Part shown: one piece after another, positions 25,753 through 35,921 of the stretch
How positions within the stretch are numbered: position 1 is the first letter of the stretch
Layout of the letters: each line of letters starts with the position of its first letter
IMG/VR virus record: IMGVR_UViG_3300010399_000043
Coordinates: 1-56,957 of that record
Reading direction: 5' to 3' (one strand)
Source of the DNA: a virus
Taxonomy: Duplodnaviria > Caudoviricetes
Length of the DNA stretch: 56,957 nucleotides
Program-made: the position numbers and the translations under genes
Notes under the pieces: model-generated
Seen by the model: the letters and a program-made list of their open reading frames with translations, nothing else
Databases searched by the model: none
Told to the model about the DNA's origin: nothing

Positions 25753-26684
25753 CAACCGGTTTGTCAGCAGAAACCCTTCTCGCGCAGCTCGACTCCTGCG
25801 TGACCGAAACGCCCGCGATCTTCGACGTTACCGGACCGTGCTCGGCGGGTGGGCTGCGGCAGGTGCTTCACGCCTCACGTGAACTTTCGTTTGAGGTCGG
25901 TCGTCGCCTGGGTTTTGTCGAGGGGGTGTTGGCTGCGCGTATGGGTGACGTCGTTGCGCCTGTCGAGGAATCTGCCCCGGCACCTGCAGAGGAACCTGCG
26001 CCCTCGCCGCCGGTTGAGCAGGAATGTTCACTCGACGAATCTACAGAGTTGTCAGACAAGGTCGTGCGCACCGCGATCGTCAGGGCTGCGCACGAGACGG
26101 GTGAGTCGGCTGCCTTGTGCTTCGACAAGAACGCAGCGGTTCGCTGTCGGCACTATGCGCACCACGCGTTGACCATCTGCTTTCCGCTGGTGCCCGTTGA
26201 GCAGGTCGCGGCGGCCGTGCACGCGCGGCGGCCGGAGATCTTTCACCTGCAGTCAACCCACAACCACATCCGCAAGGCCGCCTCTCGCTGGTGGGACGAG
26301 GCCGTGTTGGAGCGGGTGGTCAGGGCTGTTAAGGACGTCTGCGGCTTGCCCGACGCAAGGGAGCCACCTCTCCCTGTCTTGGGTCGCACTGTCGAGGTCG
26401 TGCCTGCTGCGCCACCGAGGCCCGCACCTTACCGTCCTGTCGCCGGCCCGCCTGTTGGTCGATCAACCAGCACGCCGCGGGTACCGAGTATGCGAGCAGC
26501 ACCACCCATGCCTCCCCCGCGTAAGGACCCGCTGGCGGACCGCATGTCGGAGAAGAAACGGCTCGAGGACATGCTGGCTGGCGCCATCGCGAACACGCCC
26601 GGCGCCCGGCCGGTGTTACATGGAGCAGCTGATGACCCCGCGAATGTTTCCGATCCTGTACTCAGGGCACAGCCTGAAGGATGA
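25749..26684 (+). CDS. hypothetical Pro-rich protein
   Basis: Long ORF, GTG start overlapping the previous stop. Confidence 0.6.
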   Translation: MTTGLSAETLLAQLDSCVTETPAIFDVTGPCSAGGLRQVLHASRELSFEVGRRLGFVEGVLAARMGDVVAPVEESAPAPAEEPAPSPPVEQECSLDESTELSDKVVRTAIVRAAHETGESAALCFDKNAAVRCRHYAHHALTICFPLVPVEQVAAAVHARRPEIFHLQSTHNHIRKAASRWWDEAVLERVVRAVKDVCGLPDAREPPLPVLGRTVEVVPAAPPRPAPYRPVAGPPVGRSTSTPRVPSMRAAPPMPPPRKDPLADRMSEKKRLEDMLAGAIANTPGARPVLHGAADDPANVSDPVLRAQPEG

Positions 26685-26964
26685 CGCGTCTTCCTTGTGC
26701 CGCGCTGGGCACGCTGTTCTTCTGATCGGCTTCCCCTGGGATCTGGTCGCCGCGCACGAGGCGCAGGCGGTCAAGAACCACAGTCAGTCGCTGCAGGTTC
26801 TTGCTGATCGCGGAGGCCTCGACCCGATCGAGCTCCTGGCCGTGATGCAGGACCGCTCGGTGTGGTCCAGGGGCGTTTCCTCGGCAGACGCGCAGGTGGC
26901 TCTCCTGCGGATCCTGGAGCAGGCTGGCCTGTTCCCCGGCATCCTCACGCCTGCCACCCACTGA
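26632..26964 (+). CDS. hypothetical phage protein
   Basis: FPWDLVAAHEAQAVKNHSQSL..LADRGGL motif; GGAG RBS. Confidence 0.6.
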   Translation: MTPRMFPILYSGHSLKDDASSLCRAGHAVLLIGFPWDLVAAHEAQAVKNHSQSLQVLADRGGLDPIELLAVMQDRSVWSRGVSSADAQVALLRILEQAGLFPGILTPATH

Positions 26965-27045
26965 TCGCCTCCTGGCGATCTCGCACTCAGCCAAAAATCG
27001 AACGTTCTACCGTGGGTGGGGCCCTCTGTAGAGGAGACTGACACC

Positions 27046-27477
27046 ATGGCGGCCGGACTTATGGACTTCATCATCGCGATCGTTGGGCTGGGCATCCTGG
27101 TCGGGCTGATCTGGATCGCGCTCGACAAGATCGCGGGCTTCGACCCGTTCTTCGTGCAGATCGGGAGGTACGCCGTCGGCGGTGCTGCGCTTATTATTCT
27201 GCTGCTGGCGGTCAAGGCTGTGCTGTTCGGTGGTGGCGGCGGGATTGCAGTCACCCCCGGCGGTATCTTGGAGTTCGGTATCGGGCTGGTCGTTGTTTGT
27301 TTGGTTGTCTACCTGTTGTTCATGCTGGTCGACAACATCGCGCCCGATCCCTGGAAGGCTGCCATCCGTTATGTGATCGGTGCGCTTGCCCTGATCGCCA
27401 TTCTAGTCGTCGCCGAACGGGTGCTCGTCGGAGGCGGGTTTGGCTTCGTTCCGCAGACCTTTCGACTCAGTCGCTGA
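27046..27477 (+). CDS. 4-TM membrane protein with internal duplication (holin candidate)
   Basis: Four hydrophobic helices; repeated D.IA..DP..RY..G..ALI; GAGGAG RBS. Confidence 0.7.
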   Translation: MAAGLMDFIIAIVGLGILVGLIWIALDKIAGFDPFFVQIGRYAVGGAALIILLLAVKAVLFGGGGGIAVTPGGILEFGIGLVVVCLVVYLLFMLVDNIAPDPWKAAIRYVIGALALIAILVVAERVLVGGGFGFVPQTFRLSR

Positions 27478-27510
27478 TCCGGCACCGCCGAGCATCTGCC
27501 TCGGCTGCTG

Positions 27511-27726
27511 ATGTACTGCACCTACTGCGGATCTCGTCGGCACAGCGAGCGGCTGTGCCCTAAAACGCACGGCGGGTCCGCGTCTCGCCTGCACCTCTGC
27601 TGCACCTACTGCGGCCGCCGCGATCATGAGATCGAGGCCTGTCCGAAGACCTGGTCAGGCAACGCGGCGCGTGCCTGGGATCCCGACAGCGTCGCCGATC
27701 ACTTCGTCCTGGATAGAAGGGGATAG
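27511..27726 (+). CDS. double CCHC zinc-knuckle protein
   Basis: CTYCGSRRHSERLC and CTYCGRRDHEIEAC, both CX2CX4HX4C and both followed by PKT. Confidence 0.75.
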   Translation: MYCTYCGSRRHSERLCPKTHGGSASRLHLCCTYCGRRDHEIEACPKTWSGNAARAWDPDSVADHFVLDRRG

Positions 27727-27730
27727 AACC

Positions 27731-27976
27731 TTGGCAAACGTCAACATCCGCTGCTCTCATCCGCAAGGTGTGGTGCTCAATGTGCACACGATCGTGACCC
27801 ATACCGAGGTCAGGGGTGTGCTGACCCGCAGGGCGGCGGTTCCGCAGTACACACCAGTCCGCCTCGCCGGCAACGGCGCTATCACTCCGGTCGACTCTGC
27901 TTTCTGGTCTGCATGGCTGGCGGAGAACGCGGGTTCGGACCTGGTCAGAAAAAGTATCGTGCACCAGGCGGCTTGA
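27731..27976 (+). CDS. short paralog of the head-associated protein at 33295
   Basis: CSHPQGVVL...ITPVDSAFWSAWLAEN..SDLVRKSIV aligns with CRLPQGLQL...LTPGIDAEFWAQWLEQN.ETDLVKNRIV. Confidence 0.65.
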   Translation: MANVNIRCSHPQGVVLNVHTIVTHTEVRGVLTRRAAVPQYTPVRLAGNGAITPVDSAFWSAWLAENAGSDLVRKSIVHQAA

Positions 27977-27981
27977 ACTTT

Positions 27982-28356
27982 ATGTCCAGCAGTACGATTG
28001 GAAAGTTTGCAATCGGTGTGTCACCTATCGGGCTGCCGGATAGCTATGACAAGGAGAACTGCGTGACCGCGGTATACGTGAACGCGACTGTGATGACTGT
28101 AGTCACGCTTTCGTCGGGTACTGCATCAGGGGTTGTTTTGAACGCCTCGGGCACGATCGCGGGTGATACCCTGGTTCAGGCGTTCGATTTGACCACCGGC
28201 GCAAACGTGCTGATCCTGCTCGCACCGCGGGTACCTACGGACGGCGTGATCCTGCAGATGGCGATCGACGGATACGCTGCCGGTCATCTGGCCCTTGTTC
28301 TGCTTCGGCGTACGGTGCTTGTTGAGCAGGCGGTCGAGCTTGTTCCTGTGACCTGA
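27982..28356 (+). CDS. hypothetical protein (possibly structural)
   Basis: ORF in the head operon. Confidence 0.55.
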   Translation: MSSSTIGKFAIGVSPIGLPDSYDKENCVTAVYVNATVMTVVTLSSGTASGVVLNASGTIAGDTLVQAFDLTTGANVLILLAPRVPTDGVILQMAIDGYAAGHLALVLLRRTVLVEQAVELVPVT

Positions 28357-28371
28357 GAAGGTTTTTGGACG

Positions 28372-30915
28372 ATGAAAGCCGCCGGTCTCGGACTCGTCAC
28401 TCCTGACGGGCTCGCACTGTTCCTCAAGCGCGGACCTGACAAGGTGTACAATGGGGGAACCTGGTGCTTCCCTGGTGGCAAGCTCGACGGTGCGGAGAGT
28501 GCGCTCGAAGCCGCCATCCGCGAGACCCGCGAGGAGATCGGCTGGATCGCGCCTGAGGGGGCGGCCCCTCCCGAGGAGGTGGCTGTCACCCAGTATTACG
28601 AGGCGGAGTACACGACCTTCCGCCAGCAGGTCACCAATCAGTTCATCCCTGATCTCGGCGACGGTGAGCACGTCGGCTACGCGTGGGCGCCCTTGAACGA
28701 TCCGCCGCAGCCCTTGCACCCCGGCATGGTCGAGGTGCTGCCACGCATGGTCGCGGCGCCCGTCATTGTCGGAGATTCACGGGCGGAGCCTGAGCATCGG
28801 CTAGTGCTGGAGTACGACGGCGACTTCGATGCCGCTGCCTTGACGCGCACGCTGCAGATTCTTGGCTCGTGGGGGGCTTCCCGTAACGTTGAGGTTGCTG
28901 GCGAGGATTCGGAAACTCAACGCGAGCTCGAGAAGAAGGGTTATCGTGTTAAATTCAATTGGGACGGTGACGGTGCCGATAAAATCTGGTCGGCGGTGAT
29001 CGACGGGGTTGACGTGCTCGTCGTGAAGCCCCCGGCCGAGGACGTGCAGCCGGTCACCGTCACCACGCCGAATACCGCGACCCCGGTCGCCGACCCGACG
29101 CCGCGCAAGCCGAAGCCGCGGGTCGGTGAGGACGAGTGCGGCCTGCCGGCGATGGACGGGTGGGGCCCGTTCGCACGCGACGCCGACTTTAAGGAGCAGA
29201 CGATGGCTTCGATGGACTCATGGGGCCCGTTTGCTGCGCGCCACGAGAACCCGGTGATGGCCGCCGACCGCGCGCTGCTGGAGGCGCGCGCCAGCATGCC
29301 GGAGGCGCTGGCGCTCGACGAGGCCTCGGTGCGGTCCTACGACGAGGACGGCAGGCTGCACGTCGCTGAGTCAAACATCAGCAAGGCCTGCGTCAACCCC
29401 TACCTCGGTCGGGAGATCCCGGGATGGTCGGAGCTCGGACTCGATCCGCAGAAGATCTACTACCTGCTGCGCGATCCCGAGGAGCTCGCAAAAGCCGTCC
29501 CGACGTTCAACAACCTGCAGGTGCTGTCGAAGCACATCCCGGTGACGGCTTCGGCACCCAGCAAGGAGCTGGTTGAGGGTTCACTCGGCAGCAACGCCCG
29601 CTGGGATCCACCCTACATCAAGAACGACCTGGTCGTTTGGACGCAGGAAGGCATCGACGGGGTCGACTCCTCCTCGAAGAAGGAGCTGTCGGCCGCCTAC
29701 CGCTACGATCCCGACATGACCCCCGGTGTATTCGGCGGCCAGAGCTACGATGGGGTCATGCGCAATATCAGGGGCAATCACGTAGCGCTCGTCGAGCGCG
29801 GTCGCGCAGGTGCCGACGTTGTCGTCGGCGACTCAGCAGAGGAGCTCACGAGGATGAGCAAGAAGGACGTCAAGAAGGAAGTGAAGGAAGTCAAGCCGGC
29901 GACCCGCGGTGCGGCACTGCTGGCCTCCGCGCTCGCCTACAACGCCCTGCCCGTGATGGCGCAGGACGCGAAGCCGCTGACCTCGCTCGAGGTTCTTCCG
30001 CTGTTCGCCGATCTGCGGGCCGGCAACTGGAAGGACAAGCGTGAGGGTGTGGTCACCGGGCTCGCCGCCCTCCTCAAGGATCGCATCGCGATGGACGAGG
30101 GTGCCACGCCTGACGATGTGGCACTTCGTTTGATCGAGATGATCGCCGGATCGGCGGAGACGGATGGCGCGTCGGCCGAAGGTTCCGAGTCTTGGGACGA
30201 CCCGGTCTCTCCTGATCAGAACAAGGTCATGGAGGCGGCGGCCGAGGGTCACTCTGATCTCGGCGTTCCGAAGAAGGACGGCGAGGGGGAGGCACCTCCC
30301 GGCGAGGTCAAGAAGGGGAACGACGAGGGTGGCGTTCACGCCAAGATCCTCGAGTTCCTGACCGGCAAGCTGTCACCCGAGGATATGGAGGCCTTCCAGC
30401 AGCTGATGGCTCACGAGGACGAGGCCGAGGAGGCGGTCGCGGGTGACGAGAAGGAAGACGAGGTGGTTGGCGACGATCCGCCGCCGTTCAAGGGCAAACC
30501 TAACCCCGGAGGCAGCATGGACGAGAACAAGGAGAAGGAGAACACAGCCATGGACAACAAAGACATGGTGACGAAGACGGCGATGGACTCCGCGATCAAT
30601 GCGGCGGTTGAGGCTGTCGAGAAGAAGGCCCGCGAGACGGCACGCGCCATCCGCGCGGCCGAGAAGGCGGTTCGCCCGTACGTCGGCGAGCTCGAGATCG
30701 CGGCGGATTCCGCCGACGATGTCTATCGCGCGGCTTTCAAGTCGATGGGCGTCAAGGTCGACGGTGTGCATCCGTCCGCCTTCCCGGTGATCTTGGCGGC
30801 GCAGCAGCCGGCGGGTGCCAAGAAGTCGCGGAAGGACACGGTCGCGATGGACGAGGCCTCGGTCAACTCCTTCACGACCCGCTACCCCGACGCCTCGCGT
30901 ATCGGGTCCGCCTGA
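28372..30915 (+). CDS. NUDIX-domain / DUF2213 prohead protease-scaffold protein
   Basis: Nudix box [70 protein letters not shown]. Confidence 0.88.
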   Translation: MKAAGLGLVTPDGLALFLKRGPDKVYNGGTWCFPGGKLDGAESALEAAIRETREEIGWIAPEGAAPPEEVAVTQYYEAEYTTFRQQVTNQFIPDLGDGEHVGYAWAPLNDPPQPLHPGMVEVLPRMVAAPVIVGDSRAEPEHRLVLEYDGDFDAAALTRTLQILGSWGASRNVEVAGEDSETQRELEKKGYRVKFNWDGDGADKIWSAVIDGVDVLVVKPPAEDVQPVTVTTPNTATPVADPTPRKPKPRVGEDECGLPAMDGWGPFARDADFKEQTMASMDSWGPFAARHENPVMAADRALLEARASMPEALALDEASVRSYDEDGRLHVAESNISKACVNPYLGREIPGWSELGLDPQKIYYLLRDPEELAKAVPTFNNLQVLSKHIPVTASAPSKELVEGSLGSNARWDPPYIKNDLVVWTQEGIDGVDSSSKKELSAAYRYDPDMTPGVFGGQSYDGVMRNIRGNHVALVERGRAGADVVVGDSAEELTRMSKKDVKKEVKEVKPATRGAALLASALAYNALPVMAQDAKPLTSLEVLPLFADLRAGNWKDKREGVVTGLAALLKDRIAMDEGATPDDVALRLIEMIAGSAETDGASAEGSESWDDPVSPDQNKVMEAAAEGHSDLGVPKKDGEGEAPPGEVKKGNDEGGVHAKILEFLTGKLSPEDMEAFQQLMAHEDEAEEAVAGDEKEDEVVGDDPPPFKGKPNPGGSMDENKEKENTAMDNKDMVTKTAMDSAINAAVEAVEKKARETARAIRAAEKAVRPYVGELEIAADSADDVYRAAFKSMGVKVDGVHPSAFPVILAAQQPAGAKKSRKDTVAMDEASVNSFTTRYPDASRIGSA

Positions 30916-31016
30916 ACTACGCCTGCCTGCCTGCCGGCGGGGAATAGATTCCCAGGAGCCTTCTACCTCTTCCGGCAATTTCCTGAATTTTTCAACAAAC
31001 GAGAGGAGATCCGCAT

Positions 31017-31982
31017 ATGACCGGCGGAGGGTTCCAGACCCAGGTTACGGTGCAGCCGGCACCGGCAGTCGAGGGTGATTGCGCGTCGACCAATCCCAGG
31101 TTCACCGTCAACGCGGGCGCCGGCGCGCTCGTTGCTGGCGCGCTCGGCTGCATCGTCGGCCGGGCGGCCTGGATCACGGCTCCGGTCGATCCCGACGGCA
31201 CCGCAAGCATCGTCAACAACTTCGGTTCCGGTTCGATCGCGGGTATCGTGCACCGCGAGCAGCAGGGGCTGATCACGACCTATCTCGCCGGCTCGTCCAT
31301 GACGGTGCCGCAGGGATTCGCGGTGACCCTGTTCTCGGGCGGTGATCTGTGGGTGAAGAACAACGGATCGGCCCAGGCCCTGCCCGGTATGAAGGCGTAC
31401 GCCAATTATGCCGACGGCAAGTTCTCCTTCGCCGCGGCTGGTTCGGTCACCAACGCGACGGTGACCGGCTCCATCGGCCCGCAGACGGCCTCGGTGACCG
31501 GTTCGATCTCGGGTGACCTGCTGACGGTAACGGCCGTCGGTTCCGGCACGCTTGTTGCCGGTGCGACCCTGTCGGGCACCTCGAGCACCGGCAACATCAC
31601 GACCGGCACCAAGATCGTCTCGCAGGTGTCGGGTACGGTCGGCGGCGTCGGTACCTATCGGGTCGACAAGCCCGAGCAGACCGTGGGCTCCACGACGATC
31701 AGCGTGACCTATGGTTTGATGAACGTCACCGGCGTCTCGTCTGGTACCCTCGGTGTCGGCGACCTGCTGTCGGGAACCGGCGGCGGCGGCATCACGTCGG
31801 GCACGCGCATCTCCCAGCTCGGCACGGGCGCGGGTGGCACCGGCACCTACTACGTGGATACGACCCAGACCGTGTCCAGCACCTCCATCACCGCTGGCGT
31901 CAACGTGGAGACGAAGTTCATCGCGATGTCGTCGGGGCTTGCTGGCGAGCTCGTGAAGATCAGCGATCACGCACTCGGGTAA
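31017..31982 (+). CDS. head decoration/cement protein with inserted Gly/Thr-rich repeats
   Basis: [32 protein letters not shown]; position between scaffold and capsid genes. Confidence 0.78.
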   Translation: MTGGGFQTQVTVQPAPAVEGDCASTNPRFTVNAGAGALVAGALGCIVGRAAWITAPVDPDGTASIVNNFGSGSIAGIVHREQQGLITTYLAGSSMTVPQGFAVTLFSGGDLWVKNNGSAQALPGMKAYANYADGKFSFAAAGSVTNATVTGSIGPQTASVTGSISGDLLTVTAVGSGTLVAGATLSGTSSTGNITTGTKIVSQVSGTVGGVGTYRVDKPEQTVGSTTISVTYGLMNVTGVSSGTLGVGDLLSGTGGGGITSGTRISQLGTGAGGTGTYYVDTTQTVSSTSITAGVNVETKFIAMSSGLAGELVKISDHALG

Positions 31983-32080
31983 GGTCACCCGGGCTGAGAA
32001 AAAGCAGGAGCTCCCCTTCTCAACCCCCGCGCTCGGTGGACCTCCCCCGACCGGCATTTTTGTTTCGAGGAAGAACGATC

Positions 32081-33202
32081 ATGAATCTGCAGGAAGCAAT
32101 GGCCGCCCTGCGCGCAGACCGGTCGCAGCTGGAGGCGCGTGGAATCTACATCCTCCCGGGAACCCGGGCCTACATGCCGGCCGGTTGGCGGGCAAACTAC
32201 AACCTTGCCATGGACGCCATGCCCGAGCTCGGTGTCGACGCCATGCCGACCCTGTCGACCGATCCGAACTCGGCCGTCCCGGCGATGCTGACGACCCTGA
32301 TCGACCCGCAGGTCTTCAAGATCCTGTTCGCACCCAACAACGCGGCCAAGATCTTCGGCGAGGTCCGCAAGGGTACGTGGCTGGACGAGACCGCCATGTT
32401 CCCGGCGGTCGAGCACACCGGCGAGGTTTCCTCGTACGGTGATTTCAGCAACAACGGGCGGGCCGGTGCCAACACCAACTGGCCTCAGCGTCAGGCCTAC
32501 CTATTCCAGACGATCAAGGAGTACGGCGAGCGTGAACTCGAGCGCGCCGGCCTCGCGAAGCTCGACTGGGTGTCGCAGATCGACACGGCCGCGGCGACGG
32601 TGCTGGACAAGTTCAGCAACCTGTCGTACTTCTTCGGCGTGCAGGGCCTTCAGAACTACGGGCTGCTCAACGACCCGAACCTGACGGCCTCCCTGACCCC
32701 CGCGACCAAGGCCGCCACCCCTGGTTCCGGCAAGTGGGTCACCAACGGTGTGATCACCGCGACCGCGAACGAGATCTACACCGATATCCAGTCCATGTTC
32801 TACGCGATGCAGGTGCAGACCTTGGGCCTGGTCAAGGCCCAGGACAAGATCGTCCTGGCGATGGACCCGGCGACGTCGATCGCGCTCACCGCGACCAACT
32901 CGTTCAACGTCAACGTCTACGACCTCCTGAAGAAGAACTTTCCCAACATCAGGTTCGAGGAGGCAGTCCAGTACGGCGTGACCACCGCCTCGAACCCGCA
33001 GGGGATCGCCGCGGGGAACATGGTTCAGATGTTCGCCGAGACGGTCGAGGGTCAGCAGACTGGGTACTGCTCATTCAACGAGAAGATGCGGGCGCATCCG
33101 ATCATCCGTCAGCTGTCCTCCTTCCAGCAGAAGGTGACGGCCGGTACGTGGGGGACGATCATCCGGATGCCCTTCACGATCGTGTCCATGCTGGGAGTTT
33201 GA
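32081..33202 (+). CDS. major capsid protein (DUF2184-like)
   Basis: LTTLIDP...GEVRKGTW, E.TGEVSSYGD, YGERELE, YFFGV.GLQNYGLLNDP, FNEKMRAH, GTWG.IIR.P. Confidence 0.9.
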   Translation: MNLQEAMAALRADRSQLEARGIYILPGTRAYMPAGWRANYNLAMDAMPELGVDAMPTLSTDPNSAVPAMLTTLIDPQVFKILFAPNNAAKIFGEVRKGTWLDETAMFPAVEHTGEVSSYGDFSNNGRAGANTNWPQRQAYLFQTIKEYGERELERAGLAKLDWVSQIDTAAATVLDKFSNLSYFFGVQGLQNYGLLNDPNLTASLTPATKAATPGSGKWVTNGVITATANEIYTDIQSMFYAMQVQTLGLVKAQDKIVLAMDPATSIALTATNSFNVNVYDLLKKNFPNIRFEEAVQYGVTTASNPQGIAAGNMVQMFAETVEGQQTGYCSFNEKMRAHPIIRQLSSFQQKVTAGTWGTIIRMPFTIVSMLGV

Positions 33203-33294
33203 TCCAAGCAGGACCGCCAAGCGGCGGCGGCAGGTTTCCGGCCCGCTGCCCCGCTTAATACCCCCATTCCCTGTTCAAGTAGAAAGGACCTGAC

Positions 33295-33798
33295 ATGGTC
33301 TCCCGCGTCTCCACCGCCGCCAAGAACGACACCCCAACCTCGACACGCGCCCGCGGTCAGGTCACCGTCGCCTGCCGTCTGCCGCAGGGTCTGCAGCTGC
33401 GGCTCTTCCGCATGGTCGACAAGCCGGAGCAGTCACCCCTCGGTCTGCGGACCGTCAAGCAGGCGGAGCAGTACGGCGAGCCCGTGCGCATCCGCGGCTA
33501 CTACGCTGACCTGATGCCAGCCTACGCGGCCAATATGCCGATCCCGGCGGCCCCCGGCGGTTACGCCCTGACCCCTGGTATCGATGCCGAGTTCTGGGCC
33601 CAGTGGCTCGAGCAGAACCGCGAGACCGACCTCGTCAAGAACCGCATCGTCTACGCGCACGACACCACCGACGCTGTCATGGGCGAGATGCGGGACAACA
33701 AGGACGTCCGCTCCGGTCTCGAACCGCTCGATCCGGCGAACCTGCCGCGCGACGTGCGCGGGATCAAGCCGGCAGACGAGATGCGCAAGCGGGCCTAG
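33295..33798 (+). CDS. head-associated structural protein
   Basis: VACRLPQGL...GGYALT...FWAQWL...SGLEPLDP; follows the capsid gene. Confidence 0.75.
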   Translation: MVSRVSTAAKNDTPTSTRARGQVTVACRLPQGLQLRLFRMVDKPEQSPLGLRTVKQAEQYGEPVRIRGYYADLMPAYAANMPIPAAPGGYALTPGIDAEFWAQWLEQNRETDLVKNRIVYAHDTTDAVMGEMRDNKDVRSGLEPLDPANLPRDVRGIKPADEMRKRA

Positions 33799-33839
33799 AC
33801 CCGCTTCTTCGGTGTTTGATCGTCATAAGGGAGGTTCGG

Positions 33840-34271
33840 GTGGGAGTCATCTATAACTTCGACTACGCGGCCTTCATCGCGCAGTTCCCGAACTTCGTGT
33901 ACCTGCCTGAGCCTCAGGTGCAGGCGCAGTTCACGGCAGCGACGACCCTGATCCGCAACGACGGCGGTGGTCCTGTTAGGGATGCCACAGTGCAGTCGCA
34001 GTGCCTGCTCTATGCGACGGCGCACTTCTGTGCTCTGTTCGCCGCCCGGCCTGACGGCACCTACCCAGACGGGCCTGTCGGCCGCATCTCCAGCGCGTCG
34101 GAGGGTTCGGTGTCAGTGTCGACCGAGTACGGGCCCTTGACCCAGCAGGGTAAGGACTTCTGGGTGCAGACGCGCTACGGTGCGTTTGTCTGGCAGATGA
34201 CAGCACCCTACCGCACCTTTCGATGGCACCCGGGTTTCGTCCGACGGTTCGACCCGTGGCCCTTCCGGTGA
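33840..34271 (+). CDS. head-tail connector (DUF4054)
   Basis: FDYAAF.AQFP.F, LYATAH, VGRISSASEGSVSVS, W.QTRYGA..W. Confidence 0.85.
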   Translation: MGVIYNFDYAAFIAQFPNFVYLPEPQVQAQFTAATTLIRNDGGGPVRDATVQSQCLLYATAHFCALFAARPDGTYPDGPVGRISSASEGSVSVSTEYGPLTQQGKDFWVQTRYGAFVWQMTAPYRTFRWHPGFVRRFDPWPFR

Positions 34272-34311
34272 GCAGCCGGCGCGGTATGTCAGGATTGAAG
34301 AGATCAGAGCG

Positions 34312-35154
34312 ATGACCTGGGACGCGAACGACGTGCCTCCGCAGCGAGCAGAAAATGACGGTGTAGCCGTGACCTATGAAGCAGACGGTAACGGCAAGAT
34401 CCACGAGGTCCGCCTGGGCCTGTCGCGCGAGGACATGGCGCGTGCCAACGATGCGGCGCGCTGCGTCCCTCGTTTCGGAGTGAGCCCCGATGTCGTCACC
34501 ATCAGCGGGGCGATGCCTCGACTGGATGAGGATAAGGAGCGACAGTACTTCGCGGAGATGTTCGGTGGGGGTGGTGCCCGCCCGTGGGCGTCACTATCGG
34601 GAAGTCCCAGCCAGGACGTCCTTGCGGTACCATCCGTCGGTGGTGTCAGGGTTGAAGGCAGTTACGACAGTCTTCCGGCCGGTGAACCACAGTACGTTGC
34701 TGTTGCTGGTACGATGCCAGCACAGCGTCGCTACCTACCAACCCTCGCCGAACTGATCGACCGCATGTCGATCGTGCAGTTGAAGGCGATCTTCATCCTT
34801 GATAACCGGGCTGAGTACGAGCGCGAGATCGAGGACATCATCCACGACATCGATCTGATCCTGTCAGAAAAGCAGCAGCAGCTCGGTGCTGAGGACATCC
34901 GCGCGATCCAGGTTATCATGCTGGCCAATCGCTACATCTGGGAGAACGAGGGTCGAGCGCGCGCCGCTGCCGGCAACGATCAGGACAAGCTGCTGAAGCT
35001 GACCCACTCCGTCAACGGGGTGCGCAACACAGCGAAGAACGTGCTGTCGCGCAGCATGGGTGATCGGGTCGACCTCAAGGTCGACTGCTTCGCCGCAGAA
35101 CTCGTCGAAGAGTTTGGTAACTGGCAGATTTTTGACGCAACAGGAGCCGCGTAG
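34312..35154 (+). CDS. hypothetical protein with C-terminal helical DUF6165-like domain
   Basis: LAELIDRMSIVQLK...NRYIWENE...NGVRNTAK, similar to the C-terminus of 46039-47379. Confidence 0.6.
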   Translation: MTWDANDVPPQRAENDGVAVTYEADGNGKIHEVRLGLSREDMARANDAARCVPRFGVSPDVVTISGAMPRLDEDKERQYFAEMFGGGGARPWASLSGSPSQDVLAVPSVGGVRVEGSYDSLPAGEPQYVAVAGTMPAQRRYLPTLAELIDRMSIVQLKAIFILDNRAEYEREIEDIIHDIDLILSEKQQQLGAEDIRAIQVIMLANRYIWENEGRARAAAGNDQDKLLKLTHSVNGVRNTAKNVLSRSMGDRVDLKVDCFAAELVEEFGNWQIFDATGAA

Positions 35155-35158
35155 GGAG

Positions 35159-35539
35159 ATGCTGAACAGGGACGACAGGCAGGTGGAGTTCGGTAACTGG
35201 GTTGAGGCAGTGTTCGGGCGGAACTGCGCGCTCGACGTCAAGGAGCGCGCGACCCGGGTGCTGGAAGAGGCCTGCGAGCTCGCGCAGGCGTCGAACGTCG
35301 GTTTGGACAAGGTGCTGGATCTGGTTCAGCATGTGTACGAGAAGCCGGCCGGTAAGGTCGGGCAGGAGGCCGGCGGGCTCGGTGTGTGCCTGCTCGCTTT
35401 CTGCGAGGCCATCGGTGTGTCGGCGGACGAGCTGGAGCAGCGCGAGTTCGATCGGGTGACGGCCCATCCGCTCGAGCACTTCCGGGTGCGCCAAAACACC
35501 AAGGCCGACGCCGGCGTCGTGCTGCGGGTGCCGGCCTGA
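35159..35539 (+). CDS. MazG-like nucleotide pyrophosphohydrolase (putative)
   Basis: ERATRVLEEACELAQA...VYEKPAG..GQEAGG all-helical EExxE motif. Confidence 0.6.
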   Translation: MLNRDDRQVEFGNWVEAVFGRNCALDVKERATRVLEEACELAQASNVGLDKVLDLVQHVYEKPAGKVGQEAGGLGVCLLAFCEAIGVSADELEQREFDRVTAHPLEHFRVRQNTKADAGVVLRVPA

Positions 35540-35543
35540 GGGT

Positions 35544-35921
35544 ATGCAGAGTTCGGGGTCACCGGGACTGCCCACCATGAACCTGGGTCCAATGATCGGG
35601 GAAAGGTGCGAGAACGCGCTGCTTGGGCACACGCCATCGGTGACCCCGATCCTCCCCTTGCCTACGCATATGACTGTGCACCTGATCCACAACGAGCACA
35701 AGATGAGCTACGGAACCGTAGCGGATTCGGTAGCTATGCAGGAGCACGGTTACGCGGACGACGCGTGGGTCAGTCTGGAGCAGCGCCAGAAAGCGATCGA
35801 TACCAACGAGTGCTGGTCGCTTCAGTGGTATCCGCAAACACCGGTGGGTTTTTATATCTTGAGCGCGGCTGATTTGGACGCGTTGTTGTCGGCCGCGTCG
35901 GAAATGCAGCAGAACACATGA
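35544..35921 (+). CDS. hypothetical protein
   Basis: ORF coupled to the next gene; WSLQWYPQTPVGFY. Confidence 0.6.
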   Translation: MQSSGSPGLPTMNLGPMIGERCENALLGHTPSVTPILPLPTHMTVHLIHNEHKMSYGTVADSVAMQEHGYADDAWVSLEQRQKAIDTNECWSLQWYPQTPVGFYILSAADLDALLSAASEMQQNT

